The notes: generated by a model from the sequence alone, not told the origin. A stretch of DNA of 64,000 bases from an uncultured delta proteobacterium (GCA_963770975.1 CAVYRM010000001.1:10236-74235); one strand, 5' to 3'. Shown: positions 20,712 through 30,409, counted from the stretch's first letter. Translations and numbers: made by a program.

Positions 20712-21335
20712 ATGAACCAGGAATCCCTGTTCCTGCTCTTCGATCTCGCCGGAACCTTCGCCTTCGCGATGTCCGGGGCGTTCAAGGCCATCCGGAAGAA
20801 CCTCGATCTCCTCGGCATCCTCATCCTCGGATTCGCCACCGCCATGGGCGGCGGCATCACGCGGGATGCCCTCCTTCACCGCACCCCGATCGCCTTCACC
20901 ACGAACCTGTACGCCCTGTTCTCCCTCCTGGGCTGCCTGGTGTCCATCGCGTGGCATTACCTCGCGAAGGGGAGGAGGTTCCTGGATGAAGACCGGGCCT
21001 TTCTCCTGCTGGATGCGCTCGGGCTCGCCGTCTTCGCCGTGATCGGGGCTTCCGCCGGCACGGCGGCCGGGCTGAAGTCGTGGAGCGTCGTGGTGCTGGC
21101 GGCGTTGACCGGCGCGGGAGGGGGGATGGTCCGCGACCTCCTCGTGCTGGAGATCCCCATGGTGCTGCACGCCGATTTCTACGCCACGGCCGCGCTGCTG
21201 GGGGGCCTCACCTTCGTCCTCCTCTCCGCGGCGGGGTTTGCGCCCTCCGTCGTCTCCGGTGTCGCCTTCCTCACGACCCTCCTGTTGCGGACCGCCGCGA
21301 TCTACCTGGGATGGAGCCTTCCCAAGCTGCGGTAG
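20712..21335 (+). CDS. trimeric intracellular cation channel (TRIC/UPF0126, YadS-like) family membrane protein
   Basis: LFDLAGTFAFAMSGA and a second repeat with GGGMVRD. About seven hydrophobic segments. Confidence 0.78.
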   Translation: MNQESLFLLFDLAGTFAFAMSGAFKAIRKNLDLLGILILGFATAMGGGITRDALLHRTPIAFTTNLYALFSLLGCLVSIAWHYLAKGRRFLDEDRAFLLLDALGLAVFAVIGASAGTAAGLKSWSVVVLAALTGAGGGMVRDLLVLEIPMVLHADFYATAALLGGLTFVLLSAAGFAPSVVSGVAFLTTLLLRTAAIYLGWSLPKLR

Positions 21336-21440
21336 GACCCCCCTTGATCAACATCCCGTGACGGCGGAACCGCCGATCCGAAACGTCATCCAAATACCGA
21401 TTCGATCGATCGTGGGAAACCCCATGAGGAGGGATACGGC

Positions 21441-22286
21441 ATGATCGGAAACATCGCGATCGCGCTTCTGCTTCTCGGCGTCATGACGGTTCCGTCGACC
21501 GGCAGCACCGCCGACACCGATCCGAACCCGATCCCACCGGGCGAGTCCGAGGCCAAGGCCGCCCTCGAACGTTCTCCCCGCCACCACGAGTGGGTCGATA
21601 TCGATGTCCCCGGCAAGGAGGCGAAAGTGTCCGCGTTCGTCGCCTACCCCGAGCGGAGGGACAAGGCCCCCGTGGTGATCGTCATCCAGGAGATCTACGG
21701 ACTGACCGACTGGATCCGCGCCGTCGCGGACCGGCTGGCGGCAGAGGGGTTCATCGCCATCGCGCCGGACCTCCTTTCGGGAAAAGGGCCCGGCGGAGGA
21801 GGAACCGACAAGTTCGGCGGCCGGGACGACGTGGTGAAGGCGGTGGGGGGACTTTCGACGCCGGAAGTCGTGGCGATGCTGGATGCGGTGAGCCGCTACG
21901 GAAGGAGCCTGCCGGCCGCGAAGGACAAGGTCGCCACCGTGGGTTTCTGCTGGGGAGGCGGCAAGAGCTTCCACTACGCCACGGTGCGCCCCGAGTTGGG
22001 TGCCGCGGTGGTTTACTACGGTACGTCCCCCGGTTCGGACGCCCTCGAGGCGATCCGCGCTCCGGTGTTCGGGTTCTATGGAGGGGACGATGCCCGGGTG
22101 AACGCCACCGTGGGGCCCGCGGAAGCGCGCATGAAGGAGCTCGGGAAGACGTTCATCGCGCACACCTACCCGGGAGCGGGGCACGGCTTCCTTCGGGCCC
22201 AGGACGGGCGTGACGGGGCGAACCTGGCCGCGGCCCGAAAGGCCTGGCCTGCGACGATCGGGTACCTGAAAAAGTACCTGGAGTAG
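21441..22286 (+). CDS. dienelactone hydrolase family protein (secreted)
   Basis: Signal-like N-terminus, VVIVIQEIYGLTDWIR, GFCWGG nucleophile motif, and YPGAGHGF. Confidence 0.8.
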   Translation: MIGNIAIALLLLGVMTVPSTGSTADTDPNPIPPGESEAKAALERSPRHHEWVDIDVPGKEAKVSAFVAYPERRDKAPVVIVIQEIYGLTDWIRAVADRLAAEGFIAIAPDLLSGKGPGGGGTDKFGGRDDVVKAVGGLSTPEVVAMLDAVSRYGRSLPAAKDKVATVGFCWGGGKSFHYATVRPELGAAVVYYGTSPGSDALEAIRAPVFGFYGGDDARVNATVGPAEARMKELGKTFIAHTYPGAGHGFLRAQDGRDGANLAAARKAWPATIGYLKKYLE

Positions 22287-22335
22287 AAGCGGCTTCGAAG
22301 GCCGGGGAAGGACGAGGCAGTTCGAGGAAGTACGA

Positions 22336-22368
22336 GGGATATGGGTCCCGCCCATATCCCCTTTTTTT
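22336..22368 (+). terminator. rho-independent terminator (GGGATATGGG-TCCCG-CCCATATCCC + T7)
   Basis: 10-bp stem followed by C-TTTTTTT, 50 nt after the dienelactone hydrolase stop. Confidence 0.75.
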
Positions 22369-22390
22369 CGATATAGTCATTGAAACCGGC

Positions 22391-23581
22391 ATGGAGGCGC
22401 TCATGACGCGTTCCACGGGCACGCGAAGGGATTTCCTGAAATGGATGGCCGCCGCCGGTGCCGCCACGGCCGCGGCGACGAGGGGAGCGGCGCCGGAAGC
22501 GGCCGCTGCCCCGCGGGTCGAGATCGAGAAGCGCCCCCTCGGCAAGACCGGCTTCATGGTGTCCACGGTGGGCCTCGGCGCGATGACCACCCGCGATCCG
22601 GATGTGATCCGCGCGGCCGTTGACCGCGGGGTGGATTACGTCGACACGGCGGACTGCTACATGGGAGGCGAAAACGAGCGGATCGTCGGTAGGGCGCTCG
22701 CGGGGTTCCGCGACAAGGTGGTGCTGGCGACCAAGGTCCACATCGCCCCGGTCGACCAGATGATCCGGTCCGCGGAGAACAGCCTGCGGTCCCTCAAGGT
22801 CGACGTCATCGACATCCTGCAGCTCCACGGGATTTCAACGGAGGGAGAGGTGGTCGACGGCCGCGCGCGCGAGGCGCTGCAGAAGCTGATCGACCAGGGG
22901 AAGGTGCGGGTCGCCGGGGTGACGACGCACAGCGGGCAGGAAACCGTGCTGCGCGCCGTCAGGAAACACGGTTTCTACAAGACGGCACTGGTCGCGTACA
23001 ACTTCCGCTCGGACACCGGGGTGACCTCCGCGGTCAAAGGGGCCCTGGGCCTGAGCGAGGGGCTCTCGAATACGATCCGATCGGTCGCCTCGGCCGGGGT
23101 GGGCATCATCGCGATGAAAACGCAGGCTGGAGGGTACCCGTCGCCCCCCGGCGGCACGAGCCCGTACCAGGCGGCCCTTGCGTGGGTCCTCGGCAACCCG
23201 GGCGTATCGACGACGGTCCCGGGCACGACGACCTACGCGCAGGTGGAGGATAACCTCGGGGCCCGCGGCAGGCGATTGTCGTTTTCCGACCGCGTTGCGC
23301 TCCGTCGGTACTCGATGGAAATCGGCGACCGGCACTGCGGCCTCTGCGGCGCGTGCGAAGGCGCCTGTCCCGGCGGCGTCGACGTGCAGTCGGTCCTCCG
23401 GTCGCTGACGTACCGCGACGGATACCGGCAGGACGGAATCGCGCGTGCATCGTACGCCGCCCTTCCGGCGGGACGGAACGCTTCGGCGTGCGTGGATTGC
23501 CCGTCGTGCATCGTCTCCTGCCCGCTTCGCCTGCCGGTGGCCCGCCTTGCCCGCGAGGCCCACGCCGTGCTGTCCGGGTGA
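22391..23581 (+). CDS. aldo/keto reductase with a Tat signal and a C-terminal 4Fe-4S-binding Cys cluster
   Basis: Twin-arginine motif TRRDFLKW, AKR core (YVDTADCY, DILQLHG), and C-terminal CGLCGACEGACP...CVDCPSCIVSCP. Confidence 0.8.
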   Translation: MEALMTRSTGTRRDFLKWMAAAGAATAAATRGAAPEAAAAPRVEIEKRPLGKTGFMVSTVGLGAMTTRDPDVIRAAVDRGVDYVDTADCYMGGENERIVGRALAGFRDKVVLATKVHIAPVDQMIRSAENSLRSLKVDVIDILQLHGISTEGEVVDGRAREALQKLIDQGKVRVAGVTTHSGQETVLRAVRKHGFYKTALVAYNFRSDTGVTSAVKGALGLSEGLSNTIRSVASAGVGIIAMKTQAGGYPSPPGGTSPYQAALAWVLGNPGVSTTVPGTTTYAQVEDNLGARGRRLSFSDRVALRRYSMEIGDRHCGLCGACEGACPGGVDVQSVLRSLTYRDGYRQDGIARASYAALPAGRNASACVDCPSCIVSCPLRLPVARLAREAHAVLSG

Positions 23582-24525
23582 GGGGCCCCTTGCCGTCGCG
23601 TCCACATATCCGTTCGTCGTCCCTCCCCCTCTGCCTCCTTTTCCTTTTTTCCGCGGCCGCGGTGCATGCCCAGGGGGAACCGCACCCCGCGCTTTCCGCA
23701 CTTGAACATTCGGGCGCGTGGAAGCGGATCGAGCCGCCACGGACCTTCGGGCCGGAGAGGTTGTACGAGGAGATCGACGGCGAGGCCGAGCTGTTCCTTC
23801 CGTATGGGATGCGGCAGCTGACGGTGGCGATCGTGGGCGACCGTTCCCGTCCGGGCGAGGAAGTGAGGTTGGAACTGTACCGGATGGATTCGACGAGGGA
23901 CGCCTTCGGAATCTGGTCCCAGTACAGGTTCCCGGACCAGGAAACCGTCCGCGTGCCGCCTTCCGAGGTCGTGGTTTCCGACACGTCGGCCGACTTCTTC
24001 CGGGGGGTTACGTTCGCGAGGCTGCGGACGAAGCCGGGTGAAGATTCACGAAGGCTCGTGCGGACTCTTGCGAAGGACGTCGTCGCCGCGCTCTCCGGAG
24101 ACGGCGCGCCGCCGGAGGAGGCTCGCATCCTCGATCGGTTCCCCGGTCGAATATCCGGGACGATCATCTATCAGAAGCAGGCCATGATGGGGTACGAATG
24201 CCTCGCGCCGGGGTTCGAGGCGAAATTCTCGGGTCCGTCGTCTTCCGGGCGCCTCGTGCTGCTTCCGCCGATCGCCGGCGGGGGGGAGCGGGATCGCCGG
24301 ATCGAGCGCCTCGGAAAGGAACTCCCCGGGTTCTCCGCGGCCGCCCCCGGTCTCTTCAAGGCGTCGCTGCCGTCCGGCACCCTCTGGTTGTCGTCGTCCG
24401 GCGCATGCGTCGCAGGGGTCGCCGGGAGCCTTTCCCGAGCGAACGCGGAGCCGCTGTTGTCGATCCTCGTCGAATCGATGAAAATGCTTTGCGGCCCCGC
24501 GTTCCCGGACAATCCCGGGAAATGA
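23578..24525 (+). CDS. hypothetical secreted protein
   Basis: GTG 23578 overlaps the upstream stop (GTGA). Signal peptide LPLCLLFLFSAAAVHAQG. No family recognised. Confidence 0.5.
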   Translation: MRGPLPSRPHIRSSSLPLCLLFLFSAAAVHAQGEPHPALSALEHSGAWKRIEPPRTFGPERLYEEIDGEAELFLPYGMRQLTVAIVGDRSRPGEEVRLELYRMDSTRDAFGIWSQYRFPDQETVRVPPSEVVVSDTSADFFRGVTFARLRTKPGEDSRRLVRTLAKDVVAALSGDGAPPEEARILDRFPGRISGTIIYQKQAMMGYECLAPGFEAKFSGPSSSGRLVLLPPIAGGGERDRRIERLGKELPGFSAAAPGLFKASLPSGTLWLSSSGACVAGVAGSLSRANAEPLLSILVESMKMLCGPAFPDNPGK

Positions 24526-24580
24526 CGGTCGAACCCGTTCACGGAATCGAACCTCCCCTGGCGGAGGAAAGGAGACCGAC

Positions 24581-25969
24581 ATAGAACCCTGGAAGGTTTA
24601 CGTCGTCGACGACGAGGAGAGCGTCCGGGAGGGGATCCGGATCGCGCTGGAGCCGATCTACAGCGTGCGGGTGTTCGGAGACGCGGAGTCCGCCGTGGAG
24701 GGTGTGAAGGAGGAACCGCCGGACCTGGTCCTGATGGACATCGGGTTGCCCGGGATGAGCGGGATCGACGGGATCCGGGCGATCAAGGCGCTGCGGCCGG
24801 ACGTGCTCCTGATCGTCATCACCGCGTACGAGGACGTGCACACGGTCGTCGCGGCGATGAAGGGGGGCGCGTTCGACTACGTCGTGAAACCGCTGCACGC
24901 GGAAATGCTGGGAGCGTCGATCGCCAACGCGCTGGAGACGGTCCGGCTCCAGAAGGAGGTCCGCGAGCTGCAGGAGCGCTGCCTGCGGGACAACGTCCCC
25001 CTGTTCGTCGGGGAGAGCCATGCGATCCGCGACGTCATGGAGTTCGTCGAATCCGCCGCCAGGAGCCCCGACACCCCGGTCCTCATTCTCGGCCCGACGG
25101 GATCGGGGAAGGAGCTGGTCGCCGCCGCCATCCATTACCGGAGCCCGCACTTCCGCGGCCCGCTGGTGAGCGTCAACTGCGCCGCCATCCCGAGGGAGCT
25201 GATCGAAAGCGAGCTGTTCGGATACGAGAAGGGGGCGTTCACCGGCGCCGGTCCCGCGGGGAAGAAGGGGTTGGTGGAGGAGGCGGCGGGCGGGACGCTC
25301 TTCCTCGACGAGGTGGCGGACTTGAGCCCCGAGGCCCAGGCGAAGCTGCTGCGTTTCCTGGAGGATGGGGAGTTCTACCGCGTCGGCGGGACGCGCCGTC
25401 TTCGTGCCTCCGCCCGGGTGGTCTCGGCGACGAACAAGGAAATCGAGGAGTTGAAAGGGAAGGGCACGTTCCGCGAGGACCTCTACTACCGGCTCGCGGT
25501 CGTATGCGTCGCGGTGCCCGCCCTCCGCGAGCGCCGCGAGGATATTCTGCCGATCGCCCGTCACTTCCTCGTGGAGTTCTCGAAGAAGTTCGGCAGGGCG
25601 GTCGCCGGTTTTTCCCGGGAGGCGGAGGAGGCGCTCCTGGCCCACTCGTGGGAGGGGAACGTGCGGGAACTTCGCAACGTCGTGGAACGGGCGGTGCTGA
25701 CCGGCAAGGGGTCCGAGGTGGCGGCCGCCGACCTTCGCCTCGGGTCGGGCGGAGGTCCCGTCGCCCGGCCGGCGGATACGGCGGGAGGAGTCCCGATGCC
25801 GGTTCTCACGCCCTCGGGACTGGATCTCACGGCGATCCAGGAATCGGTCGAGCGGCGGTACATCGGGGATGCGCTTCGATTGTCCGGGGGGAACGAGACC
25901 AAGGCGGCGCAGCTCCTGAACGTCAACTACCACACGTTCCGCTACCGCAGGAAGAAACTCGACCTCTGA
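24581..25969 (+). CDS. sigma-54-dependent response regulator (NtrC family: REC + AAA+ + HTH)
   Basis: REC (VYVVDDE...LVLMDIGLPGMSG), AAA+ (GPTGSGKE, GAFTGA, FLDEV), HTH tail. The first ATG/GTG is at 24665, but the receiver domain starts by 24593. ATA at 24581 sits 6 nt after GGAGGAAAGGAG, so the start codon is unresolved. Confidence 0.85.
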   Translation: MEPWKVYVVDDEESVREGIRIALEPIYSVRVFGDAESAVEGVKEEPPDLVLMDIGLPGMSGIDGIRAIKALRPDVLLIVITAYEDVHTVVAAMKGGAFDYVVKPLHAEMLGASIANALETVRLQKEVRELQERCLRDNVPLFVGESHAIRDVMEFVESAARSPDTPVLILGPTGSGKELVAAAIHYRSPHFRGPLVSVNCAAIPRELIESELFGYEKGAFTGAGPAGKKGLVEEAAGGTLFLDEVADLSPEAQAKLLRFLEDGEFYRVGGTRRLRASARVVSATNKEIEELKGKGTFREDLYYRLAVVCVAVPALRERREDILPIARHFLVEFSKKFGRAVAGFSREAEEALLAHSWEGNVRELRNVVERAVLTGKGSEVAAADLRLGSGGGPVARPADTAGGVPMPVLTPSGLDLTAIQESVERRYIGDALRLSGGNETKAAQLLNVNYHTFRYRRKKLDL

Positions 25970-26104
25970 CGGTTCCAACAGATTGGAGATTTTTCCAGGA
26001 AGGCGATAGCATTTCTTAGAGTTCCCCTGTGTCCGGCCTGCCCGTTCCGGCCTACGTTTACCGTATCTATTCGTAAAACAAAAGGAATATTCCAGCCCAT
26101 CTTC

Positions 26105-26120
26105 TGGCACGGCCCGTGCT
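26105..26120 (+). promoter_or_regulatory. sigma-54 (-24/-12) promoter TGGCAC-GGCCC-GTGCT
   Basis: GG at 26106-07 and GC at 26118-19 with canonical 10-nt spacing, 39 nt upstream of ATG 26159. The NtrC-family activator gene ends 136 nt upstream. Confidence 0.6.
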
Positions 26121-26158
26121 GTTTCCCGGGATACGGAGATTCCGGGCGGAGGCGGCGA

Positions 26159-26545
26159 ATGTCGGGCAAATTGGCGGGGGTGAGGATCGCGATCATCGAG
26201 GACGATTCGCTGCTCCTCGATTCCCTCGCACTGTACCTGCGGACGAAGGAATGCAGCGTGGAGACGTTCGGCTGTGCGGAGGATGCAGGCGATGCCGCGC
26301 AGCCCGGCAGGTACGAGATCGTGATCAGCGACTACGTCCTTCCGGGGGAGGACGGGATCTCCTTCCTCCGCCGGGTCCGCGAGAGGGCGACGAATGCCGG
26401 GACGGTGTTGATAACGGGCCACACGGGGCTGTCGGTTCCCCTTGAGGCGAAAGCCGCCGGCATTGACAGTTTCCTTCCAAAGCCGTTGTCCGCGGGAGAC
26501 CTGGAAGCGGCCTTGCGGCAGATCCTCGAAGGCGGGGAATCATAA
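26159..26545 (+). CDS. stand-alone response regulator receiver protein
   Basis: IAIIEDD, phospho-acceptor context VISDYVLPGEDG, LITGH, and LPKP. GGAGG lies 6 nt upstream. Confidence 0.85.
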   Translation: MSGKLAGVRIAIIEDDSLLLDSLALYLRTKECSVETFGCAEDAGDAAQPGRYEIVISDYVLPGEDGISFLRRVRERATNAGTVLITGHTGLSVPLEAKAAGIDSFLPKPLSAGDLEAALRQILEGGES

Positions 26546-26584
26546 CCCCGGGTTTCATTGCGCGCACATCGAGAGGAGGAAGCC

Positions 26585-26884
26585 ATGGACCAGGATACGA
26601 AAGAGATTCCGGTGAAAACGGAGAAGCTGGAAAAACAGTTGAAGGAATGGGGTATTGACCTGGAGAAGTTAAAGGATAAGGCGAACCTTACGAAGGCGGA
26701 TGCGAAAAGCGAGATCAACAGGGAGATCGCCTCCCTCCGCGACAGGCTGAACGAGGCCCAGGGCAAGCTCGCGGAGCTGAAGACGTCAGGCGACGCGGCG
26801 TCTGCGGAATTGAAGAAAGGCGTCGAGAACGCCTGGGTGGAATTGAAGAAAGCGGTCGAAAACGCCACTGCGAAGTTCAAGTGA
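26585..26884 (+). CDS. coiled-coil protein of unknown function (99 aa)
   Basis: ATG 26585 follows GAGAGGAGGAAG. Lys/Glu-rich heptad-like sequence. Its stop overlaps the start of the next gene (GTGA). Confidence 0.55.
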   Translation: MDQDTKEIPVKTEKLEKQLKEWGIDLEKLKDKANLTKADAKSEINREIASLRDRLNEAQGKLAELKTSGDAASAELKKGVENAWVELKKAVENATAKFK

Positions 26885-27330
26885 TTCCGATGAAGAACAC
26901 GTGGATCCTGATCGCGCATCGCGGCGGTGCGAGAATCTTCGAAAACAGGGGCCCGGGGAAAGGCTTGAACCTGGTCCAGGAGATCCGGCATCCCGAGGGA
27001 CGCCTCAAGAGCAAGGAAATCGGATCGGACGAGCCGGGACGCAGCTTCGACAGCCACGGCCTACGCCACTCCCTCCAGACGGAAGTGGCCCCCGCCGCGC
27101 ACGTCACCGGGATATTCGCCAGGGAACTCGCCGGAATACTCGATGAGGGGCGTGTCCGTCAGCGCTACGCCCGGTTGGTGCTGGTGGCGGAAGCGCGTTT
27201 CCTCGGGATCCTGCGCGCCGCGCTTTCGCGGGAGACCTCCGCGCTGGTCACGACCGCCCTGGTCAAGGATCTGGCAAACGTGGAAGCGGGTGAAATGCCG
27301 GAACGTTTACGGGACGTGATCCAGCTGTGA
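26881..27330 (+). CDS. Host_attach-family protein (misnamed host attachment protein)
   Basis: TWILIAHRGGARIF...SDEPGRSFDS...LVLVAEARFLGILR...KDL pattern matches my recollection of PF10116. Alternative start at ATG 26890. Confidence 0.72.
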   Translation: MIPMKNTWILIAHRGGARIFENRGPGKGLNLVQEIRHPEGRLKSKEIGSDEPGRSFDSHGLRHSLQTEVAPAAHVTGIFARELAGILDEGRVRQRYARLVLVAEARFLGILRAALSRETSALVTTALVKDLANVEAGEMPERLRDVIQL

Positions 27331-27337
27331 CCGCAGG

Positions 27338-28090
27338 CTACCCGGACCCGTAGGTCGCTGTCTTCGCGGCATCGGCGAACGTTTTCAGGAATTCCCGGAT
27401 CCTGCGGGCGTTCGTGCCGATGTCGCTTTTCCCCACGCGGGAGACCGACCGGATGTCCAGCAGGCTCCCCCCGTCGGCGGACGGAGCGATGCGGATCACG
27501 ACGTCGTCCTTGAATCCGAACCATCGCGTGGTGGCGACCGCCTCGATCCGCCCCTCCGAAGGACTTCCATCGACGATCCGCCACTTCATCCGCCCCGCGG
27601 CGGCCAGGGCGACCTCGTAGGTCTTCGGGGGGGAGAGGGGGACCCGCAGCGTCCGGATGTCCGGATATGCGGCGTGCTGTTTCGCGGCGATCTCCGGTCC
27701 CCCGTACTCCGCCGGGTTGGAGGCACCCTTCCGCAGCGGCAGAATCGAGACGAATTTCGGGGGATTCTCCGTGTCCGTCGAGATGTCGTGGATCATCGGT
27801 ACCACCTTCGCCACCTGGAGCCAGTACCCCGGTACGCCGCAGGAGACTGTTCCGAGCACGATTCCCGCCACGGCGAGAGGGAAGCCCCGCCGTCCGCTGC
27901 CCGGTCGTGCGATGACCGCCCCCAGAATCGACACCACTGCCCCCGCGATTCCGAGGTAGGCCGCCCAGCGCAGGATTTCGAACCCTTGTCGGAAATCCCA
28001 CAATCCCAGGCGGGTTCCCACGGCGGCACCCACCGCCGTCCCGACGGCGATCATGGAACCGATGAATCCCGCGACCACCGATTCGGGCAT
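27338..28090 (-). CDS. DUF1499 domain-containing membrane protein
   Basis: N-terminal TM segments. C-terminal FGFKDDVVIRI...LDIRSVSRVGKSDIGTNARRI is typical of DUF1499 (from memory). Confidence 0.68.
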   Translation of the reverse strand: MPESVVAGFIGSMIAVGTAVGAAVGTRLGLWDFRQGFEILRWAAYLGIAGAVVSILGAVIARPGSGRRGFPLAVAGIVLGTVSCGVPGYWLQVAKVVPMIHDISTDTENPPKFVSILPLRKGASNPAEYGGPEIAAKQHAAYPDIRTLRVPLSPPKTYEVALAAAGRMKWRIVDGSPSEGRIEAVATTRWFGFKDDVVIRIAPSADGGSLLDIRSVSRVGKSDIGTNARRIREFLKTFADAAKTATYGSG

Positions 28091-28244
28091 GTCGACCCTT
28101 CATCCATCTAAATGTCCGTTTTGCTTGAGATGACGGGATCCCGGTATTTGATTCGTGCCGCACCGTCCGGTCCGAATGAATGTCGGCTCCCGATTCCACC
28201 GGCCGACTTCCGGCATCGAAGAGAAAAGAAAGGGGTGATGACCG

Positions 28245-29204
28245 ATGGCCGATGAGGTGGATACCGATATCCTGGACGCGTACTCCCGCGCCGTGGCATC
28301 CGTGGTGGATGCGGTCGGACCCGCGGTGGTCAGCATCTCGATCGGGAGGAATGCTTCGACAGGCAACGGCGTGGAACCGATCGGGGCGGGGTCGGGCGTG
28401 ATGCTCACCCCGGACGGTTATGCCCTGACGAATCACCACGTGGTGCGGGATGCGGGCCAGGTGCGGTTGACGATGACCGACGGGACGAGCGTCGGTGCGG
28501 TTCCGGTGGGATCCGATCCTCCCAATGACCTGGCCCTGGTGAGGGCCATCGGATCGGGTTTCCCGTACGCCGACCTGGGGGATTCCTCCGGGCTCAGGGT
28601 CGGCCAATTGGTGATCGCCATCGGCAACCCCTTCGGATTCCAATCCAGCGTATCGACGGGCGTGGTCAGCGCCACAGGCAGGGGCATCCGCAGCATCGAC
28701 CAGCGCCTCATCGAAAACGTGATCCAGCACACCGCCCCGCTGAACCCCGGGAACTCGGGCGGACCGCTGGTCGATTCCAGGGGCAGGGTCGTCGGCATCA
28801 ACACGGCCATCATCGTGGCCTCGCAGGGGATGGGGTTTGCCGTTCCCTCCAACACGGCGCGGCACGTGGTGTCCCAGATCCTCGCCCACGGAAAGGTTCG
28901 CAGGGGCTACCTTGGGATCGCGGGACGCCAGCGTCCGTTGTCCCGGCGCAGGGTGCGGTACTTCAATCTCCGGCGGGAGACCGGCGTGGAAGTGGTTTCC
29001 CTGGAACCCGGGGGCCCGGCCGTGCAGTCCGGGATCCTGCCCGGCGACATCGTGGTGGAAATGAACGGGCACCCGGTGGAAAGCGTCGACGACCTTCACC
29101 GTCTCCTCTCGGAAGTGTCGGTCCGGGAACTGGTGCGTCTCGACCTGCTGCGCGGGACCGAAAGGAAAATCGTCGAGGTCCTGATCGGGGAGGCGGCGGC
29201 GTGA
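28245..29204 (+). CDS. S1C (HtrA/DegP-like) trypsin-type serine protease with a PDZ domain, no obvious signal peptide
   Basis: Catalytic contexts TNHHVV, NDLALV and GNSGGPL. C-terminal PDZ-like GILPGDIVVEMNG. Confidence 0.85.
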   Translation: MADEVDTDILDAYSRAVASVVDAVGPAVVSISIGRNASTGNGVEPIGAGSGVMLTPDGYALTNHHVVRDAGQVRLTMTDGTSVGAVPVGSDPPNDLALVRAIGSGFPYADLGDSSGLRVGQLVIAIGNPFGFQSSVSTGVVSATGRGIRSIDQRLIENVIQHTAPLNPGNSGGPLVDSRGRVVGINTAIIVASQGMGFAVPSNTARHVVSQILAHGKVRRGYLGIAGRQRPLSRRRVRYFNLRRETGVEVVSLEPGGPAVQSGILPGDIVVEMNGHPVESVDDLHRLLSEVSVRELVRLDLLRGTERKIVEVLIGEAAA

Positions 29205-29366
29205 CCGGCATGCCGGGCGATTCCGCGGAGGAACGGGGCGGGAGGAATTCGGCCGTGAAGGGAATCCATTGCCCCTCCGGGTCGATCGTAAGGGTTGTCG
29301 GCGAGCGGAAGACGCCGGGAAAAAACCCCGTACGAAACGTGATGGGGAGGGAAAAGGAGGATCGCC

Positions 29367-30344
29367 GTGGCCGATAAGCTGATCATCGCGGTCGTTGGAG
29401 CCACCGGCGCTCAGGGTGGCGGGGTGTGCCGCGCCATCCTGGCGGACAGGGGCGGCAGGTTCGGGGTACGCGCGCTGACGAGAGACCCCGGATCCGGGAA
29501 AGCGAAAGAACTCGAAACGCTGGGCGCGGAAGTCGTGGCGGCCGACGTCGACGACGTGGAGAGCCTGAAGAAGGCCTTCCGCGGCGCGCACGGGGTGTTC
29601 TGCGTCACGTTCTTCTGGGAGCACTTTTCCCCGGAGAAGGAGATCGCCGAGGCGAAGAACATGGCCGAGGCGGCGAAACACGCCGGTGTGAAGCACGTCA
29701 TCTGGTCGACGCTCGAAGACACTCGCCAGTGGGTTCCGCTCGGCGACGATCGGATGCCCACCCTGAACGGGAAGTACAAGGTGCCGCACTTCGACGGCAA
29801 GGGCGAGGCGAACCGGGTGTTCACGGAAGCCGGCGTGCCGACGACCTTCCTGCTGACCTCCTTCTACTGGGAGAACCTGATCTACTTCGGGATGGGCCCC
29901 AAGAGAGGAGAGGACGGGAAACTTTACATCACGTTCCCGATGGGCGAAAAGAAGCTCCCCTGCATCGCGGCCGGGGACATCGGGAAGTGCGCCTACGCCA
30001 TATTCCGGAAAGGGCAGGAGTTCATCGGCAGGACCGTCGGCATCGCGGGAGAACATCTGACCGGAAGCCGGATGGCCGCCGCGCTCACCGGGGCGCTGGG
30101 CGAGGAAGTCCGGTACAACGACGTGTCGCCCGAGGAGTACCGGCGGTTCGGATTCCCGGGTGCCGAGGACCTGGGGAACATGTTCCAGTTCAACCGGGAT
30201 TTCGAGGAAGCGTTCTGCAAGGCGCGCAACCTCGTGTTCTCGAAGGATCTCAACCCCTCGCTCCAGTCCTTCGGCGACTGGCTCGCCGGGAACAAGGATC
30301 GGATTCCGATCGAGAAGCGATCCCGGAAGATTTCAGGGGAGTAG
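29367..30344 (+). CDS. NmrA-family NAD(P)-binding protein
   Basis: GTG start after AAAAGGAGG. Rossmann motif VVGATGAQGG. NmrA-like KVPHFDGKGE. Confidence 0.8.
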   Translation: MADKLIIAVVGATGAQGGGVCRAILADRGGRFGVRALTRDPGSGKAKELETLGAEVVAADVDDVESLKKAFRGAHGVFCVTFFWEHFSPEKEIAEAKNMAEAAKHAGVKHVIWSTLEDTRQWVPLGDDRMPTLNGKYKVPHFDGKGEANRVFTEAGVPTTFLLTSFYWENLIYFGMGPKRGEDGKLYITFPMGEKKLPCIAAGDIGKCAYAIFRKGQEFIGRTVGIAGEHLTGSRMAAALTGALGEEVRYNDVSPEEYRRFGFPGAEDLGNMFQFNRDFEEAFCKARNLVFSKDLNPSLQSFGDWLAGNKDRIPIEKRSRKISGE

Positions 30345-30349
30345 CGTCG

Positions 30350-30390
30350 ACGGGGATCCACCCGGGCCGATTCGCCCGGGGGATCCCCGT
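30350..30390. terminator. 17-bp (one bulge) GC-rich hairpin between convergent genes
   Basis: ACGGGGATCC-A-CCCGGGC / loop CGATTC / GCCCGGG-GGATCCCCGT, read directly. No U-tract on either side. Confidence 0.5.
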
Positions 30391-30409
30391 GGCCGGTCCC
30401 GTCGCGTCG

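Noticed and set aside
27165-30056. 963-aa ORF on the minus strand spanning four plus- and minus-strand genes
   Set aside because: The Arg/Gly/Pro-rich low-complexity translation lies antisense to clearly conserved genes (HtrA-like, NmrA). This is the typical stop-codon-poor artefact of high-GC DNA.
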